Source: Flavobacteriales bacterium (GTDB lineage Bacteria; Bacteroidota; Bacteroidia; UBA10329). Taken from it: a DNA stretch of 64,000 nt. The notes under the pieces were generated by a model. The model did no database searches, was not told the origin of the DNA, and was given only the letters and a program-made list of their open reading frames with translations. A program made the translations under genes and the position numbers. Below are positions 45,214 through 55,081 of the stretch, one piece after another. Position 1 is the stretch's first letter, and each line of letters opens with the position of its first letter. The stretch spans positions 23,908 through 87,907 of the forward strand of contig JAIOYO010000004.1 in assembly GCA_021741075.1 (NCBI GenBank), read 5' to 3'.

Positions 45214-48200
45214 TGATGTCAAAGAAAGGATATGTGTTGATGTTAATTTGGGTGCTGTGCTCGGCATTCGTATCAGCGCAAGAATGCGACATTATCTACG
45301 TAACTCCGAACGGATTAGGAAGCGGAACCCAAGCAGGTCCAACCAATTTCCTGAACGCATTGACGTTAGTTTCTCCTAGTGTAAATCACATCCGAATGGC
45401 GGAGGGCACTTACCCCATTTCAAATACGATTGATTTAATTGGAGGTGTCACCATTGAAGGAGGGTTTGACCCAGTAACTTGGATAAAGTCGAATAATGCA
45501 CCAACACTCATTCATCGCGACAATTCCAACGTTACTCCTGCACCAGATAGGATAGTTGCTATTTCCGCAGTTGGGCTGACTGATTTTCATCTGCATGACC
45601 TTTCTGTGCTTGTTGATGACGCTGGGGGAAATGGAATAACCACATACGGAATACACATTGACGGCTGTTCCAATTATTCGCTAAGTAGGGTTAGGTCCAC
45701 TGCAGGCAATGGCTCGAATGGAATTGATGGAGGACCAGGAATAGACGGTGTTTTTGGAGTAGACGGAGGTATTGGACAAGATGGAAACGACTGTGGAGAT
45801 GGAAACTACGATGGCGGAGTAGGTGGTAGTTCTTGGGGCGGAGGTATTTCGGCAGGAGGAGATGGTGGAGATGGTGGCCCGGAAGGTCGGGAAGCAGATT
45901 TTTGGCCACCTTGGAATATCGACCTCGGAGATGGTTATGCAGGGCAACCAGGTCAAATTGGTTTAGGTCCAAATCCTGGTACTGGTGGACCTGGTGGACC
46001 AGGTTGGAGAAATGCTACGCCAAGTCCGTGTGTTTGGTTAGTTGGATCATGTACAGCTGCACCTAATAATTTTGGTCAGCTTGGTGTTGATGCGGCACCT
46101 CCTGGAGCAGACGGTTTGGATGGAATTGATGGAATTCCTATGCACACTGGAGGCTTTTTTGTACCTGGAGATGGCCTAAATGGCGAAGATGGCGAACATG
46201 GTTCTGGAGGCGGAGGCGGAGGCGGTTGCGGCTCACATGGAGGTGCACTTTTCGGTGATAACGGTTCTGGTCCAGGCGGTGGCGGAGGTGGAGAAGGCGG
46301 TCAAGGTGGGTCTGGCGCTACGGGCGGAACCGGTGGTGGTGGTTCATTCGGACTTTATATTTCGAACAATGGCGCTGGCGGAGTTTTGAATGATTGTGTT
46401 CTCAATTCGGGTCTTCCAGGAATTGGTGGCATTGGCGGCTTTCCAGGCGGATTGGGCGGTCAGGGAGGTCTAGGCGGTTGGGGCGGACAAGGTTGTGGGT
46501 CTGGTGGAAACGGTGGAGATGGTAGCGCAGGTGGCGATGGAGGTAACGGTGGAAATGGTTCTCCCGGAATCAGCCAACCGTTGTACGAAGAACCAACAGG
46601 AATTCAAACTATACAGACCAATTTGGCAGCTAATGTTGAACCAAACATTACGCTTGGCTCTACTGGATGCACCTTTTCTGATATTTACTATTCAACTAAT
46701 TCAAGCGGAATTATTGAATGGTTTTATGAAGGAAGCACAGTTCCGGTAAATACAGTAGGTCAAAGCACGTTGGCTCAATACACAGGAATGGGAGCTTTTG
46801 ACCTAACTATGGTTTCAAATGGAGTGCCTTATTTTCTATCCGAATTTGTAAACATTTTCATTGATGGAACTCCCTATTTACCTACAATTCAAGCGGTAGA
46901 CACGATTTGTCCTGGAGATGTGGTAAACTTCTCAGCTACTTGGCCTATCAGTTTTAACGTTCTAGGATACCGATGGAATTTTGGAGACCCATCAACAGGC
47001 GCGGCCAATACAAGTTCTCAAGGAGCGCCATCACATACATACGCGAATGTGGGTACGTACATGGTGACGCTGCAAACCGAATCCCCTTGCTGTGGTTGGG
47101 CCAAGATTGATACGCATTACGTGGTTGTAATGCCAGTGGTTGAACCAGATGTGTTTATTACAGCAACATCAACAGAAATTTGTGAAGGAGAATCAATCAC
47201 TTTTGGTGCTATTCCTTACGCTGGTGGACCAAGTCCAACATACCAATGGTTTCAGAATGGAGTGAGTGGAGGAACGGGGCCATCGTTTACTCCAAACTTC
47301 ATCAACAATGGCGATCAGATTCGAGTTCGAATGACCAGCTCGTATCCATGTCCTATCACACCAACGGTAAATTCCGAAACCATAACGGTTATTGTTCATC
47401 CCATTCCAGTGGTTGATTGCAGTAACGTAACCGCAAGCTATTTGGGGGCAAACACTGGTTTGAATGCAGCTGTTTCAGTAGGCACAGCCCCTTATGAGTT
47501 TTTCTGGCAATTTGGTGATGGGGGTTCAGATACAACTCAAAATCCAACCCATCTTTATGGAGGAACAGGAGTTTACAATGCAAGCGTAGAAGTGACTGAC
47601 ACTTTTGGATGTTCAATTACATGCGATGTGCCAGTCGATATTGTTCTTCCGCCTTACGTTTATGCTGGATTTCTTATAGACACAGTTGTCACCTGTGGGT
47701 CAACAACAGTAAACTTTACGGATACGAGTTTTGGAAATCCGATTGAATGGTTGTGGGATTTTGGAGATGGCAATCAATCTACTCTTCAGAGTCCGAGCCA
47801 TACTTATACAAGTGGAGGCCCGTACACCATTACACTCACTTCTTCCAACGGAATATTCGCAGACACGTTGGTTGTACCGAATATGATTGAGCCATGGCTT
47901 GTTCCAACCGCTGAGATAATGCTTACCGATTCTACTGCGTGTGATTCCACAGCTATTCGGTTTTATGATAATTCTGTCAATGCGGCCGCTTGGGAGTGGG
48001 ATTTTGGTGATGCCAATTCAGGTGTCGAATCGAATACCAGTAATCTTCAGAATCCATATCACATTTACAATGACTCTGGTTCATACGTAGTCACACTCAC
48101 GGTTTTTTCTGTTGATGGATGTTCATCACAAGCAACGCCAGTAAATATTGAGATTTACGCTTCTCCTGTAGCTGGATTTTGGGTAGATACCAATGTGGTT

Positions 48201-48965
48201 TGTTCTGAATTGCCAATTTTCTTCAATGATACCTCAGAACACGATATAAACATCACCAATTGGTATTACCATTTTAGTGATAAGGACACCATTATTGAAG
48301 TGAATGGTAGCGTGGTTGATGTAATTGAATACACATTTGAGGAGGAAGGATGGTACGTAGTCACACAACACGTAGTCAATCGTATTACGGGTTGTGAAGA
48401 TTCAACTTCTATTTTTATGGAAGTAAGGGCACATCCAGTGGCAGATTTCTATCCAGATAGTGTGGCGCTTCAGTTACCAGACACCACAATGGAATTCTGG
48501 AACACGAGTTACAATGTCGTTCCTGATTCTTCCTATTGGGATTTCGGAAATGGTTACACAGTCGATAATCAATACGATGCCGTGGGAGTTTTCCAAGATT
48601 CGGGATTGTTTGACGTTCAGCTTATTGTGATGAGAGAGATTGGTTGCCCCGATACGCTAGTCATTCCTTATCGAGTTTGGGAGCAGGAGACCTTCTTCAT
48701 TCAAACAGCCTTTACTCCTAATGGAGATGGAACCAACGATGTGTTTGAGATAAAGCAAAAAGGAATCGTTGAGTGGCACTTACAGATTTACGACCGGTGG
48801 GGAAAGCTTCAATGGGAGACATTTGATGTAAACGAGTTTTGGGATGGCACCCAGATGAAAACTGGCAAAGTTTTGCCTCAAGGAGCGTATTCTTATCAGA
48901 TAGATTTGGTTTGGTACACAGGGAAGAGTTTCAACAAAATGGGAACCATTACCATTTTCAGGTAG
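45210..48965 (+). CDS. T9SS cargo, paralogue of the previous gene, with a type-B (gliding-associated) C-terminal sorting domain
   Basis: Signal MMMSKKGYVLMLIWVLCSAFVSAQ. Blocks shared with the upstream protein (TAGNGSNG..., GGSFGLYISNNG...DCVLNSGLPGIGG). PKD motifs. The C-terminus TAFTPNGDGTNDVFEI..IYDRWG..WDGT is a type-B domain. Its start ATG overlaps the upstream TGA (ATGA). Confidence 0.85.
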   Translation: MMMSKKGYVLMLIWVLCSAFVSAQECDIIYVTPNGLGSGTQAGPTNFLNALTLVSPSVNHIRMAEGTYPISNTIDLIGGVTIEGGFDPVTWIKSNNAPTLIHRDNSNVTPAPDRIVAISAVGLTDFHLHDLSVLVDDAGGNGITTYGIHIDGCSNYSLSRVRSTAGNGSNGIDGGPGIDGVFGVDGGIGQDGNDCGDGNYDGGVGGSSWGGGISAGGDGGDGGPEGREADFWPPWNIDLGDGYAGQPGQIGLGPNPGTGGPGGPGWRNATPSPCVWLVGSCTAAPNNFGQLGVDAAPPGADGLDGIDGIPMHTGGFFVPGDGLNGEDGEHGSGGGGGGGCGSHGGALFGDNGSGPGGGGGGEGGQGGSGATGGTGGGGSFGLYISNNGAGGVLNDCVLNSGLPGIGGIGGFPGGLGGQGGLGGWGGQGCGSGGNGGDGSAGGDGGNGGNGSPGISQPLYEEPTGIQTIQTNLAANVEPNITLGSTGCTFSDIYYSTNSSGIIEWFYEGSTVPVNTVGQSTLAQYTGMGAFDLTMVSNGVPYFLSEFVNIFIDGTPYLPTIQAVDTICPGDVVNFSATWPISFNVLGYRWNFGDPSTGAANTSSQGAPSHTYANVGTYMVTLQTESPCCGWAKIDTHYVVVMPVVEPDVFITATSTEICEGESITFGAIPYAGGPSPTYQWFQNGVSGGTGPSFTPNFINNGDQIRVRMTSSYPCPITPTVNSETITVIVHPIPVVDCSNVTASYLGANTGLNAAVSVGTAPYEFFWQFGDGGSDTTQNPTHLYGGTGVYNASVEVTDTFGCSITCDVPVDIVLPPYVYAGFLIDTVVTCGSTTVNFTDTSFGNPIEWLWDFGDGNQSTLQSPSHTYTSGGPYTITLTSSNGIFADTLVVPNMIEPWLVPTAEIMLTDSTACDSTAIRFYDNSVNAAAWEWDFGDANSGVESNTSNLQNPYHIYNDSGSYVVTLTVFSVDGCSSQATPVNIEIYASPVAGFWVDTNVVCSELPIFFNDTSEHDINITNWYYHFSDKDTIIEVNGSVVDVIEYTFEEEGWYVVTQHVVNRITGCEDSTSIFMEVRAHPVADFYPDSVALQLPDTTMEFWNTSYNVVPDSSYWDFGNGYTVDNQYDAVGVFQDSGLFDVQLIVMREIGCPDTLVIPYRVWEQETFFIQTAFTPNGDGTNDVFEIKQKGIVEWHLQIYDRWGKLQWETFDVNEFWDGTQMKTGKVLPQGAYSYQIDLVWYTGKSFNKMGTITIFR

Positions 48966-48972
48966 CCAACTG

Positions 48973-50817
48973 ATGAGGAATTCACTCATCGTATCATTAT
49001 TACTACTTCAAGGATTTTCAAGTTTTGCTCAGCCCGTATTGACGGAAGTTTCCGAATCTATAGGGCTTTCGCATCATGCTGTAATGTGTGATTTTCAGAT
49101 GCCAGCACAAGGCGGTGCTGCATGGTTCGATTACGATAATGATGGTTGGTACGATCTTTACCTCACGGGAGGTAGCGTCCCTGATGCTCTTTTTCGCAAC
49201 AATGGAGATGGAACTTTTACTGATAGAACGGCAGACGCAGGCATCGGTGTAATTGCAAATGTTTTTACAGACGGAGTAACCACTGGCGATGTTAATCGTG
49301 ATGGCTGGGATGATATTCTTGTTACCACATTTAAAACCGCTGGCAACTATCTCTTTTTGAATAACGGTGATGGAACTTTTGCTGTTCAACTTAATTGGGC
49401 TGGAGCAGTAGATTCTGCCAATAGCTTTTCTGCCACGTTTGGCGATCTTAACATGGACGGATGGTTGGATTTATATATCTGTAATTGGTCTCGCTATATG
49501 CAAGTAACTGTTAATGGTGGAAATGTATCAGTCGATTCTGAAGCCAACTATTATTATCAGAATAATGGTGATGGTACGTTTACCGAAAGGGCAGAAGACC
49601 TTGGCTTAGATGATCCATTAGGATGTGGACTTGGTGTAATGATAACCGATTTTGACAACGACTTTGACCCCGATCTATTTGTTGCCAACGACTTCGGGCA
49701 ATTCTATGGCAACAGTCCAAATCGGTTATATAGGAATGATTCTCCACTTGAAAGTTTTGTAGAAGTGAGCAACGATTTCGGACTCGATTCTGAAATAAAT
49801 GGCATGGGGGTGGCTAAAACGGACGTGAACTTTGATGGCGTGTTCGACTATTACACCACCAATATTAGGAACGATAAGTTCATGGTCAGTTCAGTTTCAG
49901 GATATGAAGACGAACTGGTTGACCGTGGAATGAAGAACGACTCCGTATGGCTTCAGAATTTGACTGTTCGACATTGGAATGTAGGTTGGGGTGCAGGTTT
50001 TCTGGACATTGATAACGACATGGACGAAGATTTGATGGTGGCCAACGGCTCGTTGAGATACGATTATCCTTGGCCGGCATTGGATTCGAATAGATTGTTT
50101 TTAAACGATGGAAATGGAGATTTTGTGGATGTTTCGTTTGAAACGGGAATTGCAGATACCTACGTTTCTCGCGCCTTGGCTTATTGTGATTATGATTTGG
50201 ATGGCGATTTAGATGTTTTCGTTGGTATCACCGATTCCATCAATGGAACCTCGCATAGCTTTTTATTTAGGAACGATTCACCTCCGAAAAACTGGTTGCA
50301 AGTAAAAGCTGTTGGAGTTGAGAACAACACAAACGGAATTGGTGCTAAGGTGGTTGTCTATATAAATGGTCAATCTCAAATGCGGGAAATTGGTGGGCAG
50401 AGTAGCTTCAATTCGCAGCATTGGCACGTGGCTCATTTTGGCTTAGGAAACAACTTGCTGGTTGATTCGCTTCAAGTTATATGGTATGGAGGTGGAATTG
50501 ACCGCTATTACCATTTAAACGCTAATCAATTTATGGAAGTAACAGAAGAGCAAGGTTTGATTACTGGTATCGGCAGAGCGAATGAACTTGAATTTCAGGT
50601 TCATCCTAATCCTTTTACCCACGAAATCAACCTAACGGGTTCTCCTGTTGAAAAGCTGGAATTATATGATTCAAAGGGAAGTCTTGTTGTCAGTTCATCA
50701 GTTAAACTTGGTGAAGCAAAGAGAATTGAAACATCTCACTTACCAGCAGGAAATTATCTGCTCAAAATTGAACTAACAGGCGGAGTATCTGTTATGCGTA
50801 AGCTGATAAAGGAATAG
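48973..50817 (+). CDS. T9SS cargo: FG-GAP/VCBS repeat + ASPIC/UnbV (CRTAC1-like) protein with type-A CTD
   Basis: Repeated DYDNDGW.DL / NNGDGTF motifs. UnbV-like NGIGAKVVVYINGQSQMREI. The C-terminus VHPNPFTHEINL...GNYLLKIEL is a type-A CTD. Confidence 0.85.
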   Translation: MRNSLIVSLLLLQGFSSFAQPVLTEVSESIGLSHHAVMCDFQMPAQGGAAWFDYDNDGWYDLYLTGGSVPDALFRNNGDGTFTDRTADAGIGVIANVFTDGVTTGDVNRDGWDDILVTTFKTAGNYLFLNNGDGTFAVQLNWAGAVDSANSFSATFGDLNMDGWLDLYICNWSRYMQVTVNGGNVSVDSEANYYYQNNGDGTFTERAEDLGLDDPLGCGLGVMITDFDNDFDPDLFVANDFGQFYGNSPNRLYRNDSPLESFVEVSNDFGLDSEINGMGVAKTDVNFDGVFDYYTTNIRNDKFMVSSVSGYEDELVDRGMKNDSVWLQNLTVRHWNVGWGAGFLDIDNDMDEDLMVANGSLRYDYPWPALDSNRLFLNDGNGDFVDVSFETGIADTYVSRALAYCDYDLDGDLDVFVGITDSINGTSHSFLFRNDSPPKNWLQVKAVGVENNTNGIGAKVVVYINGQSQMREIGGQSSFNSQHWHVAHFGLGNNLLVDSLQVIWYGGGIDRYYHLNANQFMEVTEEQGLITGIGRANELEFQVHPNPFTHEINLTGSPVEKLELYDSKGSLVVSSSVKLGEAKRIETSHLPAGNYLLKIELTGGVSVMRKLIKE

Positions 50818-50823
50818 GCCGAA

Positions 50824-50854
50824 TTGCCTAAGTCTAAGCTATGGCGTACCTTTG
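50824..50854 (+). promoter_or_regulatory. Bacteroidota-type promoter (TTG-N20-TACCTTTG) for ahcY
   Basis: TACCTTTG at 50847-50854 lies 28 nt before the ATG at 50883. It sits inside the longer track ORF, which argues for the shorter start. Confidence 0.45.
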
Positions 50855-50882
50855 CGGCCGTTTCAATAAGAAAACATATATA

Positions 50883-52196
50883 ATGAGCAATACAACAGAA
50901 CAATTGAAATACAAGGTAAAAGACATCAGCCTCGCGGCTTATGGTAGAAAAGAAATCAAATTGGCTGAGGCAGAAATGCCAGGTCTAATGTCGTTAAGAG
51001 AAGAGTTTGGTGCTAGCAAACCTCTCAAAGGAGCGCGCATTGCAGGATGTCTTCACATGACCATTCAAACAGCAGTTCTCATTGAGACCTTGGTTGAACT
51101 AGGTGCTGATGTTACTTGGTCTTCATGTAATATTTTCTCTACTCAAGATCATGCTGCTGCGGCCATTGCTGCTGCTGGTGTTCCTGTTTTTGCTTGGAAA
51201 GGTTTGAGCGAGAAAGATTTCGATTGGTGTATTGAGCAAACGCTTTTCGCGTTCAAAGACGGTCAGCCGTTGAACATGATTCTAGATGATGGAGGAGATT
51301 TGACCAACATGGTTTTGGATCGTTTTCCTGAATTGGTGAAAGATATTAAAGGAATTTCTGAGGAGACTACAACGGGAGTTCATAGATTGTATGAGCGTGT
51401 GAAAGCTGGAACGCTTCCAATGCCTGCCATCAATATTAACGACTCCGTTACTAAGTCTAAGTTCGATAACAAATACGGTTGTAAAGAGTCGTTGGTAGAT
51501 GCCATCCGAAGAGCAACTGACGTTATGATGGCAGGTAAAGTGGCTGTTGTTGCTGGATACGGAGATGTTGGTAAAGGTTCTGCTGCTTCACTTCGTGGTG
51601 CTGGTGTTCGTGTAATTGTTACTGAGATTGACCCTATTTGTGCGTTGCAAGCTGCCATGGACGGATTTGAGGTTAAGCCAATGTCTTCTGCAATTCCACG
51701 TGCTGATATTGTTGTTACTGCTACAGGAAACAAAGACATTATTAGAGGAGAGCACTTCAAATTGATGCACGACAAAACCATTGTTTGCAACATCGGTCAC
51801 TTCGATAATGAGATTGACATGGCTTGGTTGAACAAGAATTATGGTTCTACAAAAGATGAGATTAAGCCTCAAGTAGATGTTTACAATGTAGATGGAAACG
51901 AGATAATCGTTTTGGCCGAAGGCCGATTGGTGAATCTTGGATGTGCTACAGGTCATCCATCATTTGTAATGTCAAACTCATTCACCAACCAAACATTGGC
52001 GCAATTAGAGCTTTGGACAAATGCGAAGGCGTACAACAATGATGTTTACATGCTACCTAAGCATTTGGATGAGAAAGTTGCTCGTTTGCACTTGGCCAAG
52101 ATTGGTGTGGAGTTAGAAGAACTTACTCCAGAGCAAGCAAAGTACATTGGTGTAACGGTTGAAGGACCATACAAACCGGACTACTACAGATACTAG
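50883..52196 (+). CDS. ahcY: adenosylhomocysteinase
   Basis: [30 protein letters not shown] site [15 protein letters not shown]. Confidence 0.95.
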   Translation: MSNTTEQLKYKVKDISLAAYGRKEIKLAEAEMPGLMSLREEFGASKPLKGARIAGCLHMTIQTAVLIETLVELGADVTWSSCNIFSTQDHAAAAIAAAGVPVFAWKGLSEKDFDWCIEQTLFAFKDGQPLNMILDDGGDLTNMVLDRFPELVKDIKGISEETTTGVHRLYERVKAGTLPMPAININDSVTKSKFDNKYGCKESLVDAIRRATDVMMAGKVAVVAGYGDVGKGSAASLRGAGVRVIVTEIDPICALQAAMDGFEVKPMSSAIPRADIVVTATGNKDIIRGEHFKLMHDKTIVCNIGHFDNEIDMAWLNKNYGSTKDEIKPQVDVYNVDGNEIIVLAEGRLVNLGCATGHPSFVMSNSFTNQTLAQLELWTNAKAYNNDVYMLPKHLDEKVARLHLAKIGVELEELTPEQAKYIGVTVEGPYKPDYYRY

Positions 52197-52216
52197 TAGC
52201 ATTATTTTTATGTGAT

Positions 52217-52248
52217 GAAAGCCCCTTTCGAGGGGCTTTCGTTTTTTT
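52217..52248 (+). terminator. rho-independent terminator of ahcY
   Basis: GAAAGCCCCT-TTCG-AGGGGCTTTC (10-bp perfect stem) followed by GTTTTTTT. Confidence 0.85.
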
Positions 52249-52290
52249 GGCAACTACTTTCTTTATTTTGTGACCAATTAGTAAAAGCAG

Positions 52291-52965
52291 ATGAGTTTAG
52301 ACTTTGAAATGGAGTACAACACGGCACGCGAGGAAATGCAGATTCCCGAGTATGGTCGTAATATTCAGAAGATGATTGAATTTGCCAAGACATTGGCAGA
52401 CAAGAATGAGCGGAACAAGGCTGCAAATTCCATCATAAAGGTGATGGGGCAGGTTAATCCTTACCTTAAGGCGAATGAGGACCTCACACACAAGTTGTGG
52501 GATCACATGTTCATCATTTCTGGGTTCGATTTTGATGTTGATTCCCCTTTTCCTAAACCAGTAAAAGAAGATTTTGAGAAGGGACCAGATAAGATTCCTT
52601 ATCCCGAGAACGAGATTGCTCATCGTCATTATGGACGAACCATTGAGGCACTAATAAAGAAAGTTGCTGCTGTCGAAAATGAAGAAGACCGTCTGAAAAT
52701 GGGTGTGGCGCTTGCCAATACCATGAAGCGCGCTTATTTGAATTGGAATCGTGATACGGTAGAAAACCGCGTTATTCTCAAGAATCTGAGAGATATGTCG
52801 GGCGGAAAGATTAACCTTTCGGAAGATACGGAACTTGAGCATTCGCGCGATCTTATCGATACAACGCAGCAGGCTAGCAACAATCAGAATCGCCAACGAA
52901 AAGGAGGCCGATCAGGCGGAAAGCGCAAGAAAAACAATTCAGGCAGAAGAAATCCCAGAAACTAA
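52291..52965 (+). CDS. DUF4290 domain protein
   Basis: MEYNTAREEMQIPEYGRNIQKMIEFA and a basic C-terminal tail. It sits in the conserved position directly upstream of murA seen in Bacteroidota. Confidence 0.7.
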   Translation: MSLDFEMEYNTAREEMQIPEYGRNIQKMIEFAKTLADKNERNKAANSIIKVMGQVNPYLKANEDLTHKLWDHMFIISGFDFDVDSPFPKPVKEDFEKGPDKIPYPENEIAHRHYGRTIEALIKKVAAVENEEDRLKMGVALANTMKRAYLNWNRDTVENRVILKNLRDMSGGKINLSEDTELEHSRDLIDTTQQASNNQNRQRKGGRSGGKRKKNNSGRRNPRN

Positions 52966-52967
52966 GC

Positions 52968-54272
52968 ATGGCATCATTCGAGATTATTGGCGGAAACAAA
53001 CTGAAAGGAGAATTGGTTCCTCAAGGAGCCAAGAATGAAGCTTTACAGATTCTGTGCGCAGTTCTGCTCACTCCAGAAAAAGTCACCATTTCAAACATTC
53101 CCAATATTAGGGATGTGAACAAGCTTATTGACCTTTTGGCCGATTTGGGTGTAAAGGTCAAACAATTGGCGGAAGACACCTACGAGTTTCAGGCAGATAA
53201 TGTCAATCTGGAACATCTTTATTCTGATGAGTATAAGAAAAAAGGAGGAGGGCTTCGCGGATCCATCATGATTGTTGGGCCAATGTTGGGCCGCTTTGGA
53301 AAGGGATACATCCCTCAACCTGGAGGAGATAAGATCGGTCGTAGAAGACTGGATACGCACTTTATCGGGTTTCAGAAACTGGGGGCTAAGTTTGAGTACA
53401 ATTCTGAGCAACAATTCTATAAAGTAGAAGCCAGCAATCTGAATGGTTGCTACATGTTGCTTGACGAAGCGTCTGTTACAGGAACTGCCAATATTGTAAT
53501 GGCTGCAGTGCTTGCCAAAGGACGCACCACCATTTACAATGCAGCCTGCGAGCCGTACCTGCAACAGCTTTGTAAGATGCTGAACCGAATGGGAGCGAAC
53601 ATTTCGGGCATTGGCTCCAATTTACTCATCATTGATGGGGTTGATTCATTGAAGGGAACGGAGCATCGTTGTCTGCCTGATATGATTGAGATTGGCTCGT
53701 TTATCGGATTGGCAGCAATGACCAAATCGGAAATCACCATTAAGGATGTGAGCTATCCCGACCTTGGGATCATCCCGACCATTTTCAGCAAACTGGGAAT
53801 TCAGATGGAACTGCGAGGCGATGACCTTTACATTCCATCGCAGGAGCATTACGAGATCGAGTCCTTTATTGATGGTTCTATCCTGACAATTGCCGATGCA
53901 CCTTGGCCTGGCTTTACGCCCGATCTTTTGAGTATTGTATTGGTGGTGGCTGCACAGGCAAGGGGAAGTGTGCTCATTCATCAGAAGATGTTTGAAAGCC
54001 GCTTGTTCTTCGTGGATAAACTGATTGACATGGGTGCCAAGATCATCCTTTGCGATCCGCACCGTGCCACAGTCATTGGTCTGGACCATCAAATTCCGCT
54101 TAGAGGAATTCAGATGACCAGTCCAGATATTCGTGCGGGAGTTTCGTTGCTTATTGCGGCACTTTCTGCCGATGGTAAAAGTTTGATTCACAATATTGAA
54201 CAAATTGACCGTGGGTATCAGAACATAGATACGCGGTTGAATGCCATTGGGGCGAATATTAAGAGGCTTTGA
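52968..54272 (+). CDS. murA: UDP-N-acetylglucosamine 1-carboxyvinyltransferase
   Basis: GNKLKGELVPQGAKNEALQILCAVLL. The active-site loop PQPGGDKIGRRRLDTH has Asp where E. coli has Cys115. Confidence 0.95.
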   Translation: MASFEIIGGNKLKGELVPQGAKNEALQILCAVLLTPEKVTISNIPNIRDVNKLIDLLADLGVKVKQLAEDTYEFQADNVNLEHLYSDEYKKKGGGLRGSIMIVGPMLGRFGKGYIPQPGGDKIGRRRLDTHFIGFQKLGAKFEYNSEQQFYKVEASNLNGCYMLLDEASVTGTANIVMAAVLAKGRTTIYNAACEPYLQQLCKMLNRMGANISGIGSNLLIIDGVDSLKGTEHRCLPDMIEIGSFIGLAAMTKSEITIKDVSYPDLGIIPTIFSKLGIQMELRGDDLYIPSQEHYEIESFIDGSILTIADAPWPGFTPDLLSIVLVVAAQARGSVLIHQKMFESRLFFVDKLIDMGAKIILCDPHRATVIGLDHQIPLRGIQMTSPDIRAGVSLLIAALSADGKSLIHNIEQIDRGYQNIDTRLNAIGANIKRL

Positions 54273-54314
54273 CAATTAGCAAATTAGGGGATTAGGAAAA
54301 TAGGACGCTGATTT

Positions 54315-54330
54315 CCCCTCCTTGGAGGGG
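54315..54330. repeat. C/G hairpin CCCCTCC-TT-GGAGGGG with a GTCAGGGGTGGG tail
   Basis: Member of the hairpin family. The context GATTTCCCCTCCTTGGAGGGGTCAGGGG resembles GATTTCCTCCCCTTTGGGGAGGTCAGGAG at 59375-59403. Confidence 0.7.
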
Positions 54331-54495
54331 TCAGGGGTGGGTCGGATATTGAGTATGGAACCGATTGTTCTAGAATCAACTTGTCAACCTATCTCTTGGC
54401 AACTATCCAACTGGTATGGTTGTTGCATTTGAGGGCTGTCAGTCGAGTACCTTAGAAATTTAGAGGCTGATATTAACTTTGTACAAAATTCAGAC

Positions 54496-55026
54496 ATGAA
54501 AAAATTAGGATTTATTGTTGCATTCGGATTGTTGATGGTCGGTTCATCTGCTTTTGCAGGTGGTGGCGATGGCGACAAAACCGAAGTACAGGATAAGAAA
54601 GTAGGATTGAACATCGGTGACATTGCACCAGACCTTAAGTTCAAGAACCCACAGGGGAAGGAAGCGAGCCTTTCTTCGTTGAAGGGAAAGGCTGTATTGA
54701 TTGACTTCTGGGCATCATGGTGCAGACCTTGCCGCATAGAGAATCCGAATGTGGTTGCTGCATACAACAAGTTTAAAGCTAAGGGTTTCGAGATCTATGG
54801 TGTGTCGTTGGACAAAAGCCAAGATGCGTGGGTGGCTGCCATTCAGCAGGATGGTCTTGATTGGGTGAACGTGAGTGACCTCGGTGGTTGGAACAGTGCA
54901 GGAGCGGCTACCTATGGCGTGCGCTCCATTCCTGGAAACTTTCTTTTGGATAAGAATGGGGTTATTGTTGCAAAGAACCTTAGAGGTGCGAATTTGCACG
55001 CGGAGTTGGAGAAGTTGGTGAAGTAA
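54496..55026 (+). CDS. TlpA-like thioredoxin-fold thiol-disulfide oxidoreductase (exported)
   Basis: Signal peptide, WASWCRPC active site, AhpC/TSA-like fold motifs. Confidence 0.85.
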   Translation: MKKLGFIVAFGLLMVGSSAFAGGGDGDKTEVQDKKVGLNIGDIAPDLKFKNPQGKEASLSSLKGKAVLIDFWASWCRPCRIENPNVVAAYNKFKAKGFEIYGVSLDKSQDAWVAAIQQDGLDWVNVSDLGGWNSAGAATYGVRSIPGNFLLDKNGVIVAKNLRGANLHAELEKLVK

Positions 55027-55050
55027 ACGTTCTAGTAAACGATTGAATGA

Positions 55051-55081
55051 AAGGCAGGGTGGCGCACACCCTGCCTTTTTT
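55051..55081 (+). terminator. rho-independent terminator
   Basis: GGCAGGGTG-GCGCA-CACCCTGCC followed by TTTTT. Confidence 0.8.

Noticed and set aside
54475-54482. TAACTTTG -7-like box 13 nt before the tlpA-like start
   Set aside because: It matches TAnnTTTG, but there is no TTG at the -33 position and the leader would be very short. Support is too weak to list it as a feature.
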